A DNA stretch of 64,000 nt, taken from the human T2T-CHM13v2.0 reference genome, Homo sapiens. The position numbers and the translations under genes are program-made. The notes below the pieces were generated by a model. It saw only the letters and a list, made by a program, of their open reading frames with translations. It was not told the origin of the DNA and ran no database searches. The first letter of the stretch is position 1, and the number at the start of each line of letters is the position of its first letter. Shown here in pieces: positions 1-15,065 of the stretch. The DNA is taken from the NCBI RefSeq assembly GCF_009914755.1, contig NC_060931.1; one strand, given 5' to 3'.

Positions 1-299
1 TTTATTTATTTATTTATTTATTTAATTTGAGTCTTGCTCTGTCACCCAGGCTGGAGTGTTGTAATCTTGGCTCACTGCAACCTCCTTCTCCCGGGTTCAA
101 GCGATTCTCCTGCCTCAGGCTTCCAAGTAGCTGGGACTACAGGCGCCTGCCACCACACCAGGCTAATTTTTGTATGTTTAGTAGAGACGGGGTTTCACTA
201 TGTTGGCCAGGCTGGTCTCGAACTCCTGACCTCAGGTGATCCTCCCACCTCGGCCTCCCAACGTGCTGGGTTTACAGGCATGAACCACTGAGCCCGGCC
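1..299 (-). mobile_element. AluS element
   Basis: Antisense Alu with a (ttta)n tail at the window start; ends ...gagcccggcc. Confidence 0.95.
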
Positions 300-421
300 A
301 AGGCTACAACATTTTTAATAGGAGTGTTTCTCCTAGAGGATTTGTCAGTCGGGGCCTTGCTGTGTCTCTGCTATGGTGCCTGATGAAGTCTCTGGATCTT
401 TTCAGCAAAGCAGATGATGCT

Positions 422-590
422 CAGTGGTTCCCAGGGCTGAAAGCCCATCACAGTCATCTGTGAAGGCGTTTAAAAATACACATCACCGAGCGCATCTCTG
501 GATTGGGATTCAGCAGGTCCAGGGCGCGTGTTATGTTTTTTGTTTTAAATACTCAAGTGATTTAGATGACTGGTCAGGTTTGAAACCACA
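422..590. mobile_element. MER5-like hAT DNA transposon remnant
   Basis: cagtggttccc ... gattcagcaggtc ... ggtttgaaaccacag termini resemble MER5A/B. Confidence 0.55.
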
Positions 591-967
591 GATATAAAAT
601 GACTTCCATCTGAAAAGTCTGAAATAACTCAAAGCTGAAATTGGAGGCTTTTTGGTCAGATGGGAACCTGTCATTCAGAGGTCCATCATGCCTAAGAATG
701 TGAAGAATGACAACTCTTCATAAGAGGGTCCAAAAGGGAACGAAAACTCTTTGTGGTAGGAATATCCTATGTTGAGTAATCTGGGACCTTAGGGGAATAT
801 AGGGTTAGGGAACTGATACTGGGTGTGAACTGATTTTATTTTCACTAAAATAAAACTAAGAAATCGGCACTCAAAGTCAGTGGCTTACATCCTACACAAC
901 TTGTATTCCTATCAATGGATGCTATTTGCTTCCTTTTCATTTATCAGCCCTTGCTTTCTAGACCTGA

Positions 968-1600
968 GCTGTCCAGTACATTAGCCACTAGCCACATGGG
1001 GCCGTTGAGCACTTGAAGTCTGGCTAGTCCAAATTGAGATGTGTTGTATGTGTCAAACAAACATTGGACTTCAAAGACTCAGTAAGGAAAAAAATGTAAT
1101 CATTAATACTTTCAACATTGATTATGTATTAAAGTATTTTGGATCTATTGGGTTAAGTCAAATAGATTATTACAATTAATTTCAGCTTTTTCTCTCCTTC
1201 CTTCCTTCCCTCCCTCCCTCCTTTCTTTCTCTTTCCTTCTCTTCCCTTCTCTTCTCTTTTCTTTCTTTTCTTTCTTCATCTCACTGTCTCCCAGGCTGAA
1301 GTACAGTGACACAATCATAGCTCACTACAGCCAGGAATTCCTGGGCTCCAGTAATCTTCCCACCTCAGGCTCCTGAACAGTTAGGACTACAGGCACACCC
1401 CACCGTCCCCTGGCTAATTTTGTTTTAGAGGTGGGGGTCTCATTATGTTGCCCAGGGTGGCCTCAAACTCCTGGCCTCAAGCAGTCCTCCCACCTCACCC
1501 TCCTTAATAGCTGGGACTATAGGCGTGAGCCACCACGCCCCAGCTTTCTACTTTTATTGCGTTAATATGCCTAGTAGGACATTTTTAATTACATATTTGG
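968..1600. mobile_element. MER33/MER3-like hAT element split by an AluJ
   Basis: gctgtccagtacattagccactagccacatgg...gagcacttgaa...tggctagtccaaattgagatgtg; resumes after 1543. Confidence 0.7.
1187..1543 (-). mobile_element. AluJ with a CT-rich expanded tail (1187-1278)
   Basis: Antisense Alu body 1279-1543 with J-type ctcctgggctc motifs. Confidence 0.9.
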
Positions 1601-1747
1601 CTTGTGGAGGCTGGGAACATTCTTGATCTGGATGATAGAGGTATATGTTTGTGTGTGTGGTGTTGAAATTCATCAGACTGTGTCCTTAAGTTTTGTGTAC
1701 TTTACTGCTCTATGTAAGTAAAAGTCAGTTTAAAAATTAAACAATAC

Positions 1748-2806
<1,059 letters not shown>

Positions 2807-2830
<24 letters not shown>

Positions 2831-2992
2831 AGATAATCCAGGCAGTTGACAACCAGCAGTCTCTGCTAGATAATCCAACCAGTTGACAACCAGCAGTCTC
2901 TGCTAGATAATCCAACCGGTTGACGACCAGCAGTGTCTGCTAGATAATCCAACCAAGTTGACAACCCGCAATGTCTGCTAGATAACCCTACC
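2807..2992. repeat. 37-bp minisatellite, 5 copies
   Basis: Unit agttgacaaccagcagt(g/c)tctgctagataatccaacc starting at 2807, 2844, 2881, 2918 and 2956. Confidence 0.95.
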
Positions 2993-3014
2993 ATTGCAAG
3001 TCACTACCTACACC

Positions 3015-3201
3015 AGGGCTCAGCAAACTTTTTCTGTAAGGGACTAGTCGATAATGAGGCTTCATGTGCCTCCTAAGGGTTGTTTTGTTGAATTTGTTTA
3101 ACAACCCTTTTAAAAATATAAAAACTATTCTTAACTCATGGGGCTTACAAAAACAGGCCAAGGGCTAGATTGGCCTAAAGATCATAGTTTGCCAACCACT
3201 G
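3015..3201. mobile_element. MER58-type hAT element
   Basis: TIR-like cagggctcagcaaact ... tagtttgccaaccactg. Confidence 0.75.
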
Positions 3202-3340
3202 ATCTGGATCGTTATGATACTTGTGATGTCTACATTGACCTTGTTAACTTGTTTCCCCTGACTATAATCAAAGCTCTTTGAGAGCGGGAACCAGGTCTGT
3301 CTTATCCACCACTGTCTTCTCCACACCTACAACAGTGTTG

Positions 3341-3601
3341 GCACTTTGGGAGGCCTAGGCAGGAGAATCACTTGAGCTCAGGAGTTCGAGACCAGCCTGG
3401 GCAACGTAGCAAGACCTCATCTCTACTAAAAATATAAAAGGTGTGGTGGTGTGTGCCTGCAGTCCAAGCTACTCAGGAGGCTGAGGTGGGAGGATCACTT
3501 GATTCTATGAGATTGAGGCTGCAGTGGGCCGTGATCATGCCACTGCACTCCAGCCTGGATGACAGAGCAAGATCCTGTCTCAAAAAAAACAAAAACAAAA
3601 A
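3341..3601 (+). mobile_element. 5'-truncated AluJ inside an L2 3'-end remnant
   Basis: Starts gcactttggg; flanked by acagtgttggcac and acagtgccaggcac; L2 end caataaatattcactggatgaatga follows. Confidence 0.85.
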
Positions 3602-4185
3602 TACAGTGCCAGGCACACGGTAGATGCCCAATAAATATTCACTGGATGAATGACTATGAAAACTTTATTCTAGAGCATATCAGGACCCAGTGCCTAGCTC
3701 TGACCTGGGTTTCTCTGTCTGTAGGACACAGCTGCCCCCATAGTGACCGACGCAGGAACGGACAGGGCTGCTGCTGGTCCACACAGTACCTTTGTGCAAA
3801 TCAGAAAAAAAGGTTACTCCTGCTGGCTGCTGTAGCCCAGCACCTAGGAGCACAGTGAGTGGGTGAGGGCTGAATTTCAGCCCCTGCCTTCCCTCTTGGA
3901 GGGTGTTTTTGGGTGGGATACCTGCCCAGTTGCGTGTGCTGGCTCTGGGATAGAGTGCAGAGTTGGAGTTCTAAGACCTCACCTGCTTTTATTGTTCCCA
4001 CACCTCTCTGAAAAATGTTTCTGATAGCACTCTGCCTACAGCTTTTACCCTTTTCTCTCACCAACTCCCAGTCCCTTCTCTTTCCAGTTGTTTTCAACAC
4101 AATGACTGTGATTTGCATATATTAAACTGAAATTCTCATTTTGTGCTTGGAAATTCATCCAAGCAGAGTAGAATGTGGCATAAGA

Positions 4186-4251
4186 GAGACCAGCCTGGAC
4201 AGCATAGCAAGACCTCATCTCTACTAAAAATATACAAAGTTAGTCAGATGG
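4186..4251 (+). mobile_element. Orphan internal Alu fragment
   Basis: gagaccagcctggacagcatagcaagacctcatctctactaaaaatatacaaagttagtcag; no Alu ends, tail or TSD. Confidence 0.8.
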
Positions 4252-4269
4252 AGAGGGATTGTGGTTGGA

Positions 4270-4640
4270 GAGGGATTTCTGTCCTGTGTGCTTACTACAC
4301 TTGAAGAAAGACCATGAGAAACTCAAAAAAGAAGCAACCAAATCGTCAAGGAAATAGTGAAGTTGCCGTAAAAACGCAAAGTCATGTGTTAAGGGTTCTT
4401 CCATTTGGGAAGATAAAGGCTAAGAAGGAAGAACATCTGTTTAATCATGGATGGTTAGGGTGCTCTTGAACTCATTCACTAAATCCTGAAAGAGAACCGG
4501 GGAGGGGGTGCTCTGCTTAAAGCTTGAGAGAGTTATATTTAGGAATAATCAAAGAAAATGTTCCTTCGCTTGGTGGGCGGTAGGGTCATGGAACTCATTA
4601 TCCCAAGCAGGAGTCAAGCTGGAAATAAAAAGTCTTGGGG
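4270..4640 (+). mobile_element. Ancient CR1/L3-like LINE 3' remnant
   Basis: acacttgaagaaagaccatgagaaact...gaagcaaccaaa...ttaggaataatcaaagaaaatgttcc...tggaactcattatccc resemble the CR1 RT C-terminal region. Confidence 0.4.
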
Positions 4641-5029
4641 TACTTAGCTGTTGACAGACCCCTAATGACTTATGAAGAGGAACGAAGAGGCCTTGGGATA
4701 TGGGCAATGTTCTTTGAAGTTGCTGACGAGGAGCATGACTGGTTGTCCATAGTGCGTCCCTGCATGCCCGCCTCAGAGACAGTTCTGAGCTGGGCAAGAC
4801 GAGGAGCCAAGGCGGCCCCCACAACCCCTGGCAATCTGGAAGTTTGCCTTATTACTGGGGGACGGGGTAGGGGCCTCGTACAGGAATGCTTGGCTTTCCC
4901 AACTCAGTTTTCTGTAGGCCAGCTACCATCTATTGCTGGGAATTCGAGGGTCATCAAAACAAGGAAATGATGTTTGTGGATGTTTTACCTAAATATCTAC
5001 ACTATCCATGGGGACCTCGCCTGTTGTCA

Positions 5030-5240
5030 TTATAGGAGCTGACATTTAGTGATTATGATTATGTACTACGTGCTATTATATGCATTTATTTAATGTTTAT
5101 AGCAATCCTGTAAGGTAGGTGCTATTATTTCATCATCCTGTTTGACAAATGGGGAAACTGAGGCACAGAGCAGTAGCTCTTTCAAAGTCTAACAGGCAAT
5201 AAATGATATAGGACTCAAACGAAGGCCGGAAGCCTCTGGA
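5030..5240 (-). mobile_element. MIR
   Basis: aatcctgtaaggtaggtgctattatt...gacaaatggggaaactgaggcacagag core. Confidence 0.8.
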
Positions 5241-5599
5241 GTACATAATGGACTATTTCTCCATTAGACTGGGGTTATAGCCACTCCTATGGTGCTACCA
5301 GAGAGGACACAACTCCCCTCCAGCCATGTGGTACCAGGAAGGAGTGCAGGCCCATTGTGGCCATATCCACTTTTTCAAGAAAAGCCATAAGGATCAATAC
5401 TGGGTGGATACAACAAATCTAGCTAAACACAGACTGAGGTCGCCCAGCTCTGATCGTTGCCGTACCCACACCACCCTGCAGCGACACATCTTATGGGCAG
5501 GGTGCTGTTGTCCACGTCCATGAAAACATGAGTTACCAGGCATAGGCTCAGAGCAGCAGGGAGCCTGGCTGGACACACACGGTAAAAAGGCTGCCAGGC

Positions 5600-5688
5600 C
5601 GGGGTGCCTGTGTCTAGAAGTTGGTCTCCTGCCTTTCAGTGGTGCTTAGTGATCTCTCTAGGCCTCTGGCCAGTCCAGGATTCTATGA
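5600..5688. repeat. 89-bp paired duplication, copy 1 (partner 7343-7431)
   Basis: 83/89 identical by hand alignment. Confidence 0.95.
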
Positions 5689-6679
5689 CTGTCATCGCAG
5701 AGAGCAGCAGCAAAGGCTGTAAGGTGTGGACAGATGTTTGACGTCTGGGAAGATGGGCTCTGTGGCATATAACCAGATTGTCCCAGTTGGCACATAAGCC
5801 ACACAAAATGTGCAGAACCCAAGGCTATACCTTCAATTTCGTGTGTGCTGAGAAAACTGGCAGTGCAAGGGACCTGTGACATCCCGTGGAGACTTCATTC
5901 AGGTTGGGCGCTGCACCCCAACCACACAGGGAGGGCTGAGGGCTTTTTCTAGTTTGCACAAAGGCGCCATCTGTGAGCTAAGCTGCACATCATGGGTGTG
6001 CGTCCACCCGGAGGAGGGACCTTTTCCAACTCACATCAGGTTTCCTTGTGTCCCCAGGGGCCCTGAAGCAGTCTGGGGTGCTGCTGACCTTCCCCCACAC
6101 CCCCACTGCTTTCTATTTATATCTTCCCATCTTTTCTACCATTCAGAGTGCAGGTGGGATTTAGGGGACCCAGGAATGCCAGAATTCTGCCCTAGCTCTT
6201 CCACCCCTTCCTTCCTGTGGGGTTCCTGGGGATTGGCACACACAGAGGATAAAGGCAAATGGCACAGAGCCTGACACTCCACTCGGGGCAGGGCTCTGGG
6301 CTGCATGGCACAGCTGAGGCTCGGAACTCCAGGATCCAGAGGTTCTCCCTTCCCTGGCCATGCTTGGGCCCAACCTGCCAGTGCTCATGTGGGGAGGATG
6401 AGGGAGGCCAGAAGGACAGGCTCCAAGAGGACCTTGGTTCGCCGTCCTTGTTCTGTCCCCAGAGCTGGAGGAGCCAGTGAGAAGAGCAAGATCCATCCAC
6501 CCCCTGAGAGTAGGATGTGGGAGGGAAGGCCACACCTTGGCACAGACCTCATCACACAGGGTCCCCGCCCCCTTATACAGGTGGCTGAAGCAGAGTCCTG
6601 GATCCTGGCCAAAGGGATTGGCAGCAGCTCCCTAGAGGGAAGCCAGCCAGGGGCGGGCTTCTTGTCCCCTACGGGAACA

Positions 6680-6810
6680 TGGTCTCATTTGATCTTCACA
6701 GCCTCCCTGTTTTACAGATGGGGAAACTGAACTGCATGCTAAACAAGGATGAGGAATTGGGTCTAGGTCACGCAGGTAGTAAGCAGAGCTGGGCTTTGAT
6801 GCTGTGGCCG
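6680..6810 (-). mobile_element. MIR
   Basis: tctcatttgatcttcac...ttttacagatggggaaactga. Confidence 0.6.
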
Positions 6811-7342
6811 ACTCTGCAGCCTCTGCCCAGGTTCTTCTTTGGGATACAACTGCTGACAGCTCACCGCCAGTCTGTTCCCAGGAATAGCCCTGCCTGAAGG
6901 GGGCTGCCTGGCCCAAGGGTGGCTCCTTCCTTGCGGGGCAGCCTGAATTCAACCGAACCATGTAGGGGTGAGATATGGGGAGTGGGGTGCAAAAACCCAG
7001 CCCCTTGCCTCCACTCAGGACAACTCCGAAGGGCTTTGTAACTCGTCATGGGATGGAGGGCCGGGCTTTGGTGGCAAGTGCATCACATTTCACCTTCTCC
7101 CTTGGCCCAGCCCTGCTCTCCTCTTACAGTTGCTGTGCTGAGCACATGCCTGGATCAGCCTCTGCGGGCATCTTGCCTATGCCATCTGCACTCCCCGTCC
7201 TTAGGAAGTGCTGCCTCACCTCCTTCCTAGGACCCAGGACAAATAAACCAAAGATCCAAAAAGTAGAGGGTGAGGCAGCCCAGAGGTTTACAACAGCAGT
7301 AAGTGACTGCCACCCCTAGGCTGGAGGGAGAGAAGGAGGGGG

Positions 7343-7431
7343 CGGGGTGCCTGTGTCTAGAAGTTGGTCTTCTGCATTTCAGCAGTGCTTAGTGATCTCT
7401 CTAGGCCCCTAGCCAGTCCAGGATTCTATGA
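7343..7431. repeat. 89-bp paired duplication, copy 2, flanked by a 19-bp direct repeat
   Basis: Matches 5600-5688; flanks gagagaaggagggggcggg (7328-7346) and gacagaaggaggggtcggg (7437-7455). Confidence 0.95.
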
Positions 7432-7722
7432 ATGGGGACAGAAGGAGGGGTCGGGCTTCCCTGCACCCAGGGATCACCCAGCAAAGCCAGAGCTATGGTG
7501 GGTTTGTCAAGGGGGGAAATGCAGCCCTTGATGGAAACACTCCTGAAGTTGGGGGCCCAGAGTGACACCCTGACTTCTCTCTTCCTTTCTGCTTGACTTT
7601 TCTGATGATAGACTACCTAACAATACGAGGTGTTGTATTGTTAAACTTTGCATACCAAGGTCTTAATATGCACATATATTTGGGTAATATTAAAGATTTC
7701 GTCAGCTTGGGGTCCATAATAA

Positions 7723-8010
<288 letters not shown>

Positions 8011-8363
8011 AATAATTTTTTCTTTTAAAAGAGAAACACTGCTGTAGGATGATATGCCAGAGGTGTGTGGCAAAGCACCGTCCACTCCAGCCCAGACACC
8101 ACAGCCTTAAGGTCCAATTCCTTAAGTTTCCATTCCTTTGATCCTTTGGGATATGGGGGTGGGGAGCTGAAAACAGCCCTTAGGGCCAGAGGATGTGGGA
8201 GCACAGGAAGAGGTCCTAGAAGTTTCCTTGTCCACATTCCTCACTTTACTGAGGGGAAACCCCAGACCCAGAGAGCTCCAAGCTTGGACAACCCCTTTTA
8301 TGGAGGGTGAACTGTAGTGTTTTGGGGAATCATCACTACTGAGGAATGGAGTCAGCGCAGGGC

Positions 8364-8764
<401 letters not shown>

Positions 8765-8800
8765 ACTGCAGGGCTTTTAAATCTCAGCCTAGATGAGGGC

Positions 8801-8972
8801 TTGTATGTGCACGTGTGTGTTTGGTATGTGTGCATGTACATGGTTCGTGTGTACATGCATGTGGCATGTGTGCACATGTGTATGGTATGTGTGCGCCTGT
8901 GGGTGCACATGTATGTACGTGTATGGTGTGCATGCATGTGTGTGTGCATGTATGTAGATGTGTGCATGTGTG
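8801..8972. repeat. Degenerate (TG/CATG)n purine-pyrimidine microsatellite
   Basis: tgtgcatgtacatg... run; source of the VC- and HT-rich ORFs. Confidence 0.9.
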
Positions 8973-9005
8973 CAGTCTCCATTTTGGAAGTTCACATCTT
9001 TTGAA

Positions 9006-9300
9006 TTTTTTTTTTTTTTTTTTGAGAGAGTGTCGCCCAGGCTGGGCTGGAGTGCAGTGGCGTGATCTCGACTTCACTGCAATCTCCACCTCCTGGGTTC
9101 AAGCGATTCTCCTGCCTCAGCCTCTCAAGTAGCTGGGATTACAGGTGCCTGCCACCACACCGGGCTAATTTTTTATATTTTTGGTAGAGAAGGGGTTTCA
9201 CCATGTTGGCCAGGCTGATCTCGAACTCCTGACCTCAAGTGATCCGCTCACCTTGGCCTCCCAAAGTGCTGACATTACAGGCTGACACCATGCCCCGGCC
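9006..9300 (-). mobile_element. AluS element
   Basis: Antisense Alu with TSD tcttttgaatttt. Confidence 0.95.
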
Positions 9301-9427
9301 CCTTCTTTTGAATTTTGAGTGACCACAGGCATTGATGATAGAATGTGAATACATTTGATTTGTATTCATATGGAGGGAAAGTGCCTCTGACCTGTCCCCA
9401 TGGAAGGAAAATAAGATTGGCCTGGAG

Positions 9428-9590
9428 ATACTTACCTTGTGGGGGAGATAACAGGATCACAGAAATGATTTTCCCAGGGCAAGCCTCATCCATTGCACTC
9501 TGGATGGGCTGACCCTCACAATTTCCCCAAACGTGGGACCTCAACTGCATAATTTGTGGTAATGGGGGACTGTGTTTATGCTTTCCCCTA
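9428..9590 (+). pseudogene. RNU1: Full-length diverged U1 snRNA retropseudogene
   Basis: atacttacct 5' end, ccattgcactc U1A loop, Sm site aatttgtgg, 3' ctttcccct; short A-rich tail; diverged TSD aaaataagattggcctggag (9408-9427) and aaaaggagactgtcctggag (9607-9626); no recognisable PSE. Confidence 0.93.
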
Positions 9591-10672
9591 CTAATGAAGG
9601 ACAAGAAAAAGGAGACTGTCCTGGAGAGATGAGGACTGAGAAACCCAACCCAGCCCCTGGCTCCAAGGAGTCCCGGCCCAGCCCTGGAGACAGCCCTTAT
9701 CAGCTGCCATCCCAGCTTCCTGTTTTTCAGTGGGCTGGGGACTGGGGCTGAAGGAACATCTGCTTCTGTTTATTCTTCCCCTTTATCTTAATGGGTTCCC
9801 TGAGATGGCTCCCTGGGCCACCTCTCACCACTGCTCTGCGTACTCAGGTAGGTAGTGCTCCCTGCCCTGGCTAAGACCCAGGAAGGGAAGGGGGAAGCAT
9901 GGAGAGGCCAGAGACTTGGTGCCCTGGGATTAAAGCTAGTTACTAAACAGGTCTGGGACTTAAAACTGGACCCTAAAGTCAATGTAGAGAAGGGGAAAAA
10001 AGAATACAAGGCAAAAGACTGTCCTCCTAAGAGTGAAAGCAGGAAATGGGCAGGTTGCTGGGGGCAATCTTAGCTGCTAAGAGAAATATAATTACTTTTC
10101 AATTTCGGTTACACCTAGGCTAATAACCACAACTGGAAATTCTTGTTGGGAGAAGGAAGTTTTTTCTCATTAAGAGATAATAGAAAGTCATTCACCCTTG
10201 AACCTAGAACAGTCAACTTCAAACTGAAAGAACTTGACTCAGCTAGGGCCTCTGCTAGCCTGCAGTGCTTATCTGCACCTCTGTGCAGATTAGAAAAAGG
10301 TGCTCCTCTGTCCAAGCAGTCACAGCCCCCAGTTTGGCAAGTGTCCCCCTCCCTATCCCCTTCCCCAGCACCCTATGACAACGACAACTTGGCATAGTTA
10401 CATTATCATAGCAGCTTTCTCTTCTCCCCTACTAACACTTTCATTACCCTGGACAGCTTAAGCTCTGAATGGACTGTCCCAGAAGCACAGAAAAGACTTG
10501 TAGGTGAGAAGCTGGAAGGGCATTCAACATTCCCTTGGTCCAAAGTCCCTGCTCCAATTCACTTCATGATAAGGCTTCTGGCTGAGTTGTAAGAAAGCTT
10601 TCTCCTCATATTCTGGGTCGATCAAGATCATTCTAAACTATGATTACTGGCAATTTAGAATTAATGAGAAAG

Positions 10673-11003
<331 letters not shown>

Positions 11004-11184
11004 GGGAATTAATGAGAAAGTTTCCAGATTGTACTCAAGGATTTCTTTCCCTAAATTTTGCTTAATACCTGTTACCTTAAAGCATGGTTTTTGTTTTTAA
11101 AAATGTAGTATTATCAAGTTCAATGCTGCTTAAGGAGTTTTCTTCTTTTGTAGCCAAATTGTCAATAGATTATGGTGGTTCCAA

Positions 11185-11410
11185 GCTTGGGCTTTGTTAT
11201 CAGAATGATTAGAGTTCCAATTGCTAGCTCCTCCTCTTGCCAGCTGAGAGGACCTGGGCAGTTTACTTAACTTCTCCACACCCTGATTTCCTCATCTATA
11301 AAATAGGGATAAGTAACATAACCTACTGTAAAGAATTAATGTGAATTAAATGAGGATGCATGGAAACGTGGCCCAGTGCACAGCACTTGATCAACAGTAG
11401 CTACTGTTAA
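11185..11410 (+). mobile_element. MIR
   Basis: gacctgggcagtttacttaacttctcc...atttcctcatctataaaataggga. Confidence 0.8.
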
Positions 11411-11451
11411 GCTAATTTTAAATGGGTAAGGAATGTGATACCATTATTCTG

Positions 11452-11677
11452 TTTTCTTTCTTTTTTTTTTTTTTTTGAGACAGAGTCTTGCTCTGTCACC
11501 CAGGCTGGAGTGCAGTGGCACCATCTCAGCTCACCGCAACCTCCACCTCCTGGATTCAAACGATTCTCCATGCCTCAGCCTCCCAATTAGCTGGAACTAC
11601 AGGCGCTGCCACCATGCCCGGCTAATTTTTGTATTTTTTTAGTAGCAATGGGATTTTGTCATGTTGGCCAGGCTGGT
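11452..11677 (-). mobile_element. 5'-truncated AluS with a 21-bp TSD
   Basis: ggaatgtgatacca(t/c)ta(t/c)tct at 11430-11450 and 11678-11698. Confidence 0.9.
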
Positions 11678-11894
11678 GGAATGTGATACCACTACTCTAG
11701 GTAATTGAGAGGATGACCATGTTTTCTGCCCCTTGGAAAAATGGTGGGTCCCCAATCTGGGGCAGGGAAAGTGAGCCTAGGACATCAAATTGTGCCAGAA
11801 GACAAAGAAGTGTTCCAAGACAGCAACCAGCTTGAAGGAAATTTTACTGGCCAAATTTAGTCAATCTGAACATCAAAATAAATACTCACTATAG

Positions 11895-12192
<298 letters not shown>

Positions 12193-12489
12193 TAAAAATC
12201 AAGCCACAATTTTTAAAAATCTCTAGTGATCTTCAAAACAAGGAATAAAGGAAGGGAAATACCAGCTAATAAAACTGAAAGGAATGATAGAATTGGAAAT
12301 CACTATTTGGCAACCCCCAATTAAATAAAGATTTTTGATGAAACCACTGGACAGAAGGTTATGGAAGAGCAAGATATTCACATCGGACTAAAGTATTACC
12401 TGCAGATGACTTGCAAATTACCAAAGGGAAAATTGCCCTTTGCAATGGAGACAGCTGGTGGTCATCACCTTACCAAAGTGATCAAACTC

Positions 12490-12790
12490 AGCCAGGCACA
12501 GTGGCTCATGCCTGTGATCCCACCACTTCTGGAGACTGAGACAGGAGGACTGCTTAAGGCCAGGAGTTCGAGACCAGCCTTGACAACATAGTGAGACTGT
12601 CTCTACCAAAAAATAAAAAATTAGCCAGGCATGAGTGGCACTTATCTGCAGTCCCAGCTACTAGGGAGGTTGAGGTGGGAGGATTGCTTGAGCCCAGGAG
12701 TTCAAGGCTGCAGTGAGCTATGATCATGCCACTGCACACCAGCCTAGGCAATAGAAAAAGACCCCATCTCCAAAAATAAAAATAACAACA
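12490..12790 (+). mobile_element. AluJ
   Basis: ggaggattgcttgagcccaggagttcaaggctgc. Confidence 0.92.
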
Positions 12791-12980
12791 ACTAAGCATC
12801 GCTAATAGTGCAGCTATTATGCACTTATGCACTTTCTGATGTGATGTAATCTGAAATACTTAATACTACCAGCTATGAATTATTCCTGCCATATGTGATA
12901 AACATGAATCTGATCAAGCCTCATGACTTAATGGTGATAGAGGAACAAGTTTCACCAAAAGGATGAAAAGACAAATGCAA

Positions 12981-13293
<313 letters not shown>

Positions 13294-13336
13294 GGCGAGT
13301 GCACAGTGTGGAACGTACTATAAGACAACTAACCTG

Positions 13337-13743
13337 TAACAAAGGCTGTCTCCCTGACCAAACTTTAGTCAGACTCCTCTGAGCCTTCTTTTCAACTAGG
13401 CCTGGACCTTGGCCCCCATCTTGTCTTTGGTCTGCCCAGCCAGTCTTAGCAAAGAATCCTGCCAAGTCATCCCTCCACTCTTTGTATCTGATCAAGTACC
13501 TCACCCCGCTTCCTTGATGTCTAAGCCCTTAGCCTGTCTTTAGCAAGAATCCCTACGCTTGATGTCTCCCATTAGTAATTTCCCATCCACTGACCCCTCA
13601 TCCTGCTCTTTGGCTGTGAATCCCCACTTGTCCTTGTACTTGGAGTTGAGCCAGATCGCGCACTCCCCTAGAGCAGCACTCCTATTGCAATAGTCTTGAA
13701 TAAAGTCTTTCTTACTGTTTGAGAATAATTTTTTTCTTTAAAA
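13337..13743 (+). mobile_element. MER31-type ERV1 solo LTR
   Basis: tgaccaaactttagtcagactcctctgagcc, repeated ttagcaagaatcc, gaataaagtc; 4-bp TSD cctg at 13333-13336 and 13744-13747. Confidence 0.75.
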
Positions 13744-14034
13744 CCTGGACACATCAAGAAGTCATTTTTTAAGATGAATTCTTTTAGAATAAAAAAATTA
13801 GAGAGACATAATAATCAAATGCGTGTAAGATACTTTGATTGGATCCTGGATCAAAAAAAAAGGAAAAAAAAATCTATAAAAGATATTTTGAGAACAATTG
13901 GATATATTTGAGTATGGATTGGATATCATAAAATTATTGTTAATTTTCTTAGGTGTGCTAATGATATTGGTTATGGGGAGAATACGTGAGTCCCATTAAA
14001 TGCCCACATTTAGGTAACACCTGTATTGAGGAGT

Positions 14035-14481
14035 TGTATTAGTTTCCTAGGGCTACGGTAATAAATTGCCACAAGCAGGATAGTTTGCAACACAGAAATT
14101 TGGTCTGTCACAATTCAAGTCCAAAATCAAGGGCTCGTGGGGCCATGCTCTGCCTGAAGGACTAGGGAGGAGTCTTCCTTGCCTCTTCCAGCCTCTGGTA
14201 GTTACTGGCAATCCTTGGCGTTCCTTGGTTGGTGACAACATAAACTTCAATCTCTGTCTCCACAGTCAGGTAGCCTTTTTCCCTGTGTGTCTCTCCGTGT
14301 CTTCAAATCTCTCTCTCCCTTATAAGGATGGCAGTTATTGGATGTAGGGCCCACTCTAATCCAGCATGACTTCATTTTGAGTACCTCTGCAAAGACCCTA
14401 TTTACCACTAAGGTCACATTCAAGGTACCAGGGGCCAGGACGTCAACGTTTCTTTTATTGGGACACAGTGTAACCACAACG
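14035..14481 (-). mobile_element. MLT1C-type MaLR LTR
   Basis: tgtattagtttcctagggct...ctgcaaagaccctattt...ggtcacattc. Confidence 0.8.
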
Positions 14482-14594
14482 TGAATGAAGTGTCCTGATG
14501 TCTGAAATATACTTTCAAAGGTCTCGGTAAGAAATTCTGTAGACACAAAGAAGGAGAGGATAGAGAGAGAGGGAAAAAAACCTCAATGTAGTAA

Positions 14595-15065
<471 letters not shown>

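Noticed and set aside
5876-7319. Stack of overlapping ORFs on both strands
   Set aside because: Expected in GC-rich, stop-poor DNA; no homology recognised.
9591-9620. aaaaaggagactgt resembling a U1 3' box
   Set aside because: Better explained as the 3' target-site duplication; no PSE upstream.
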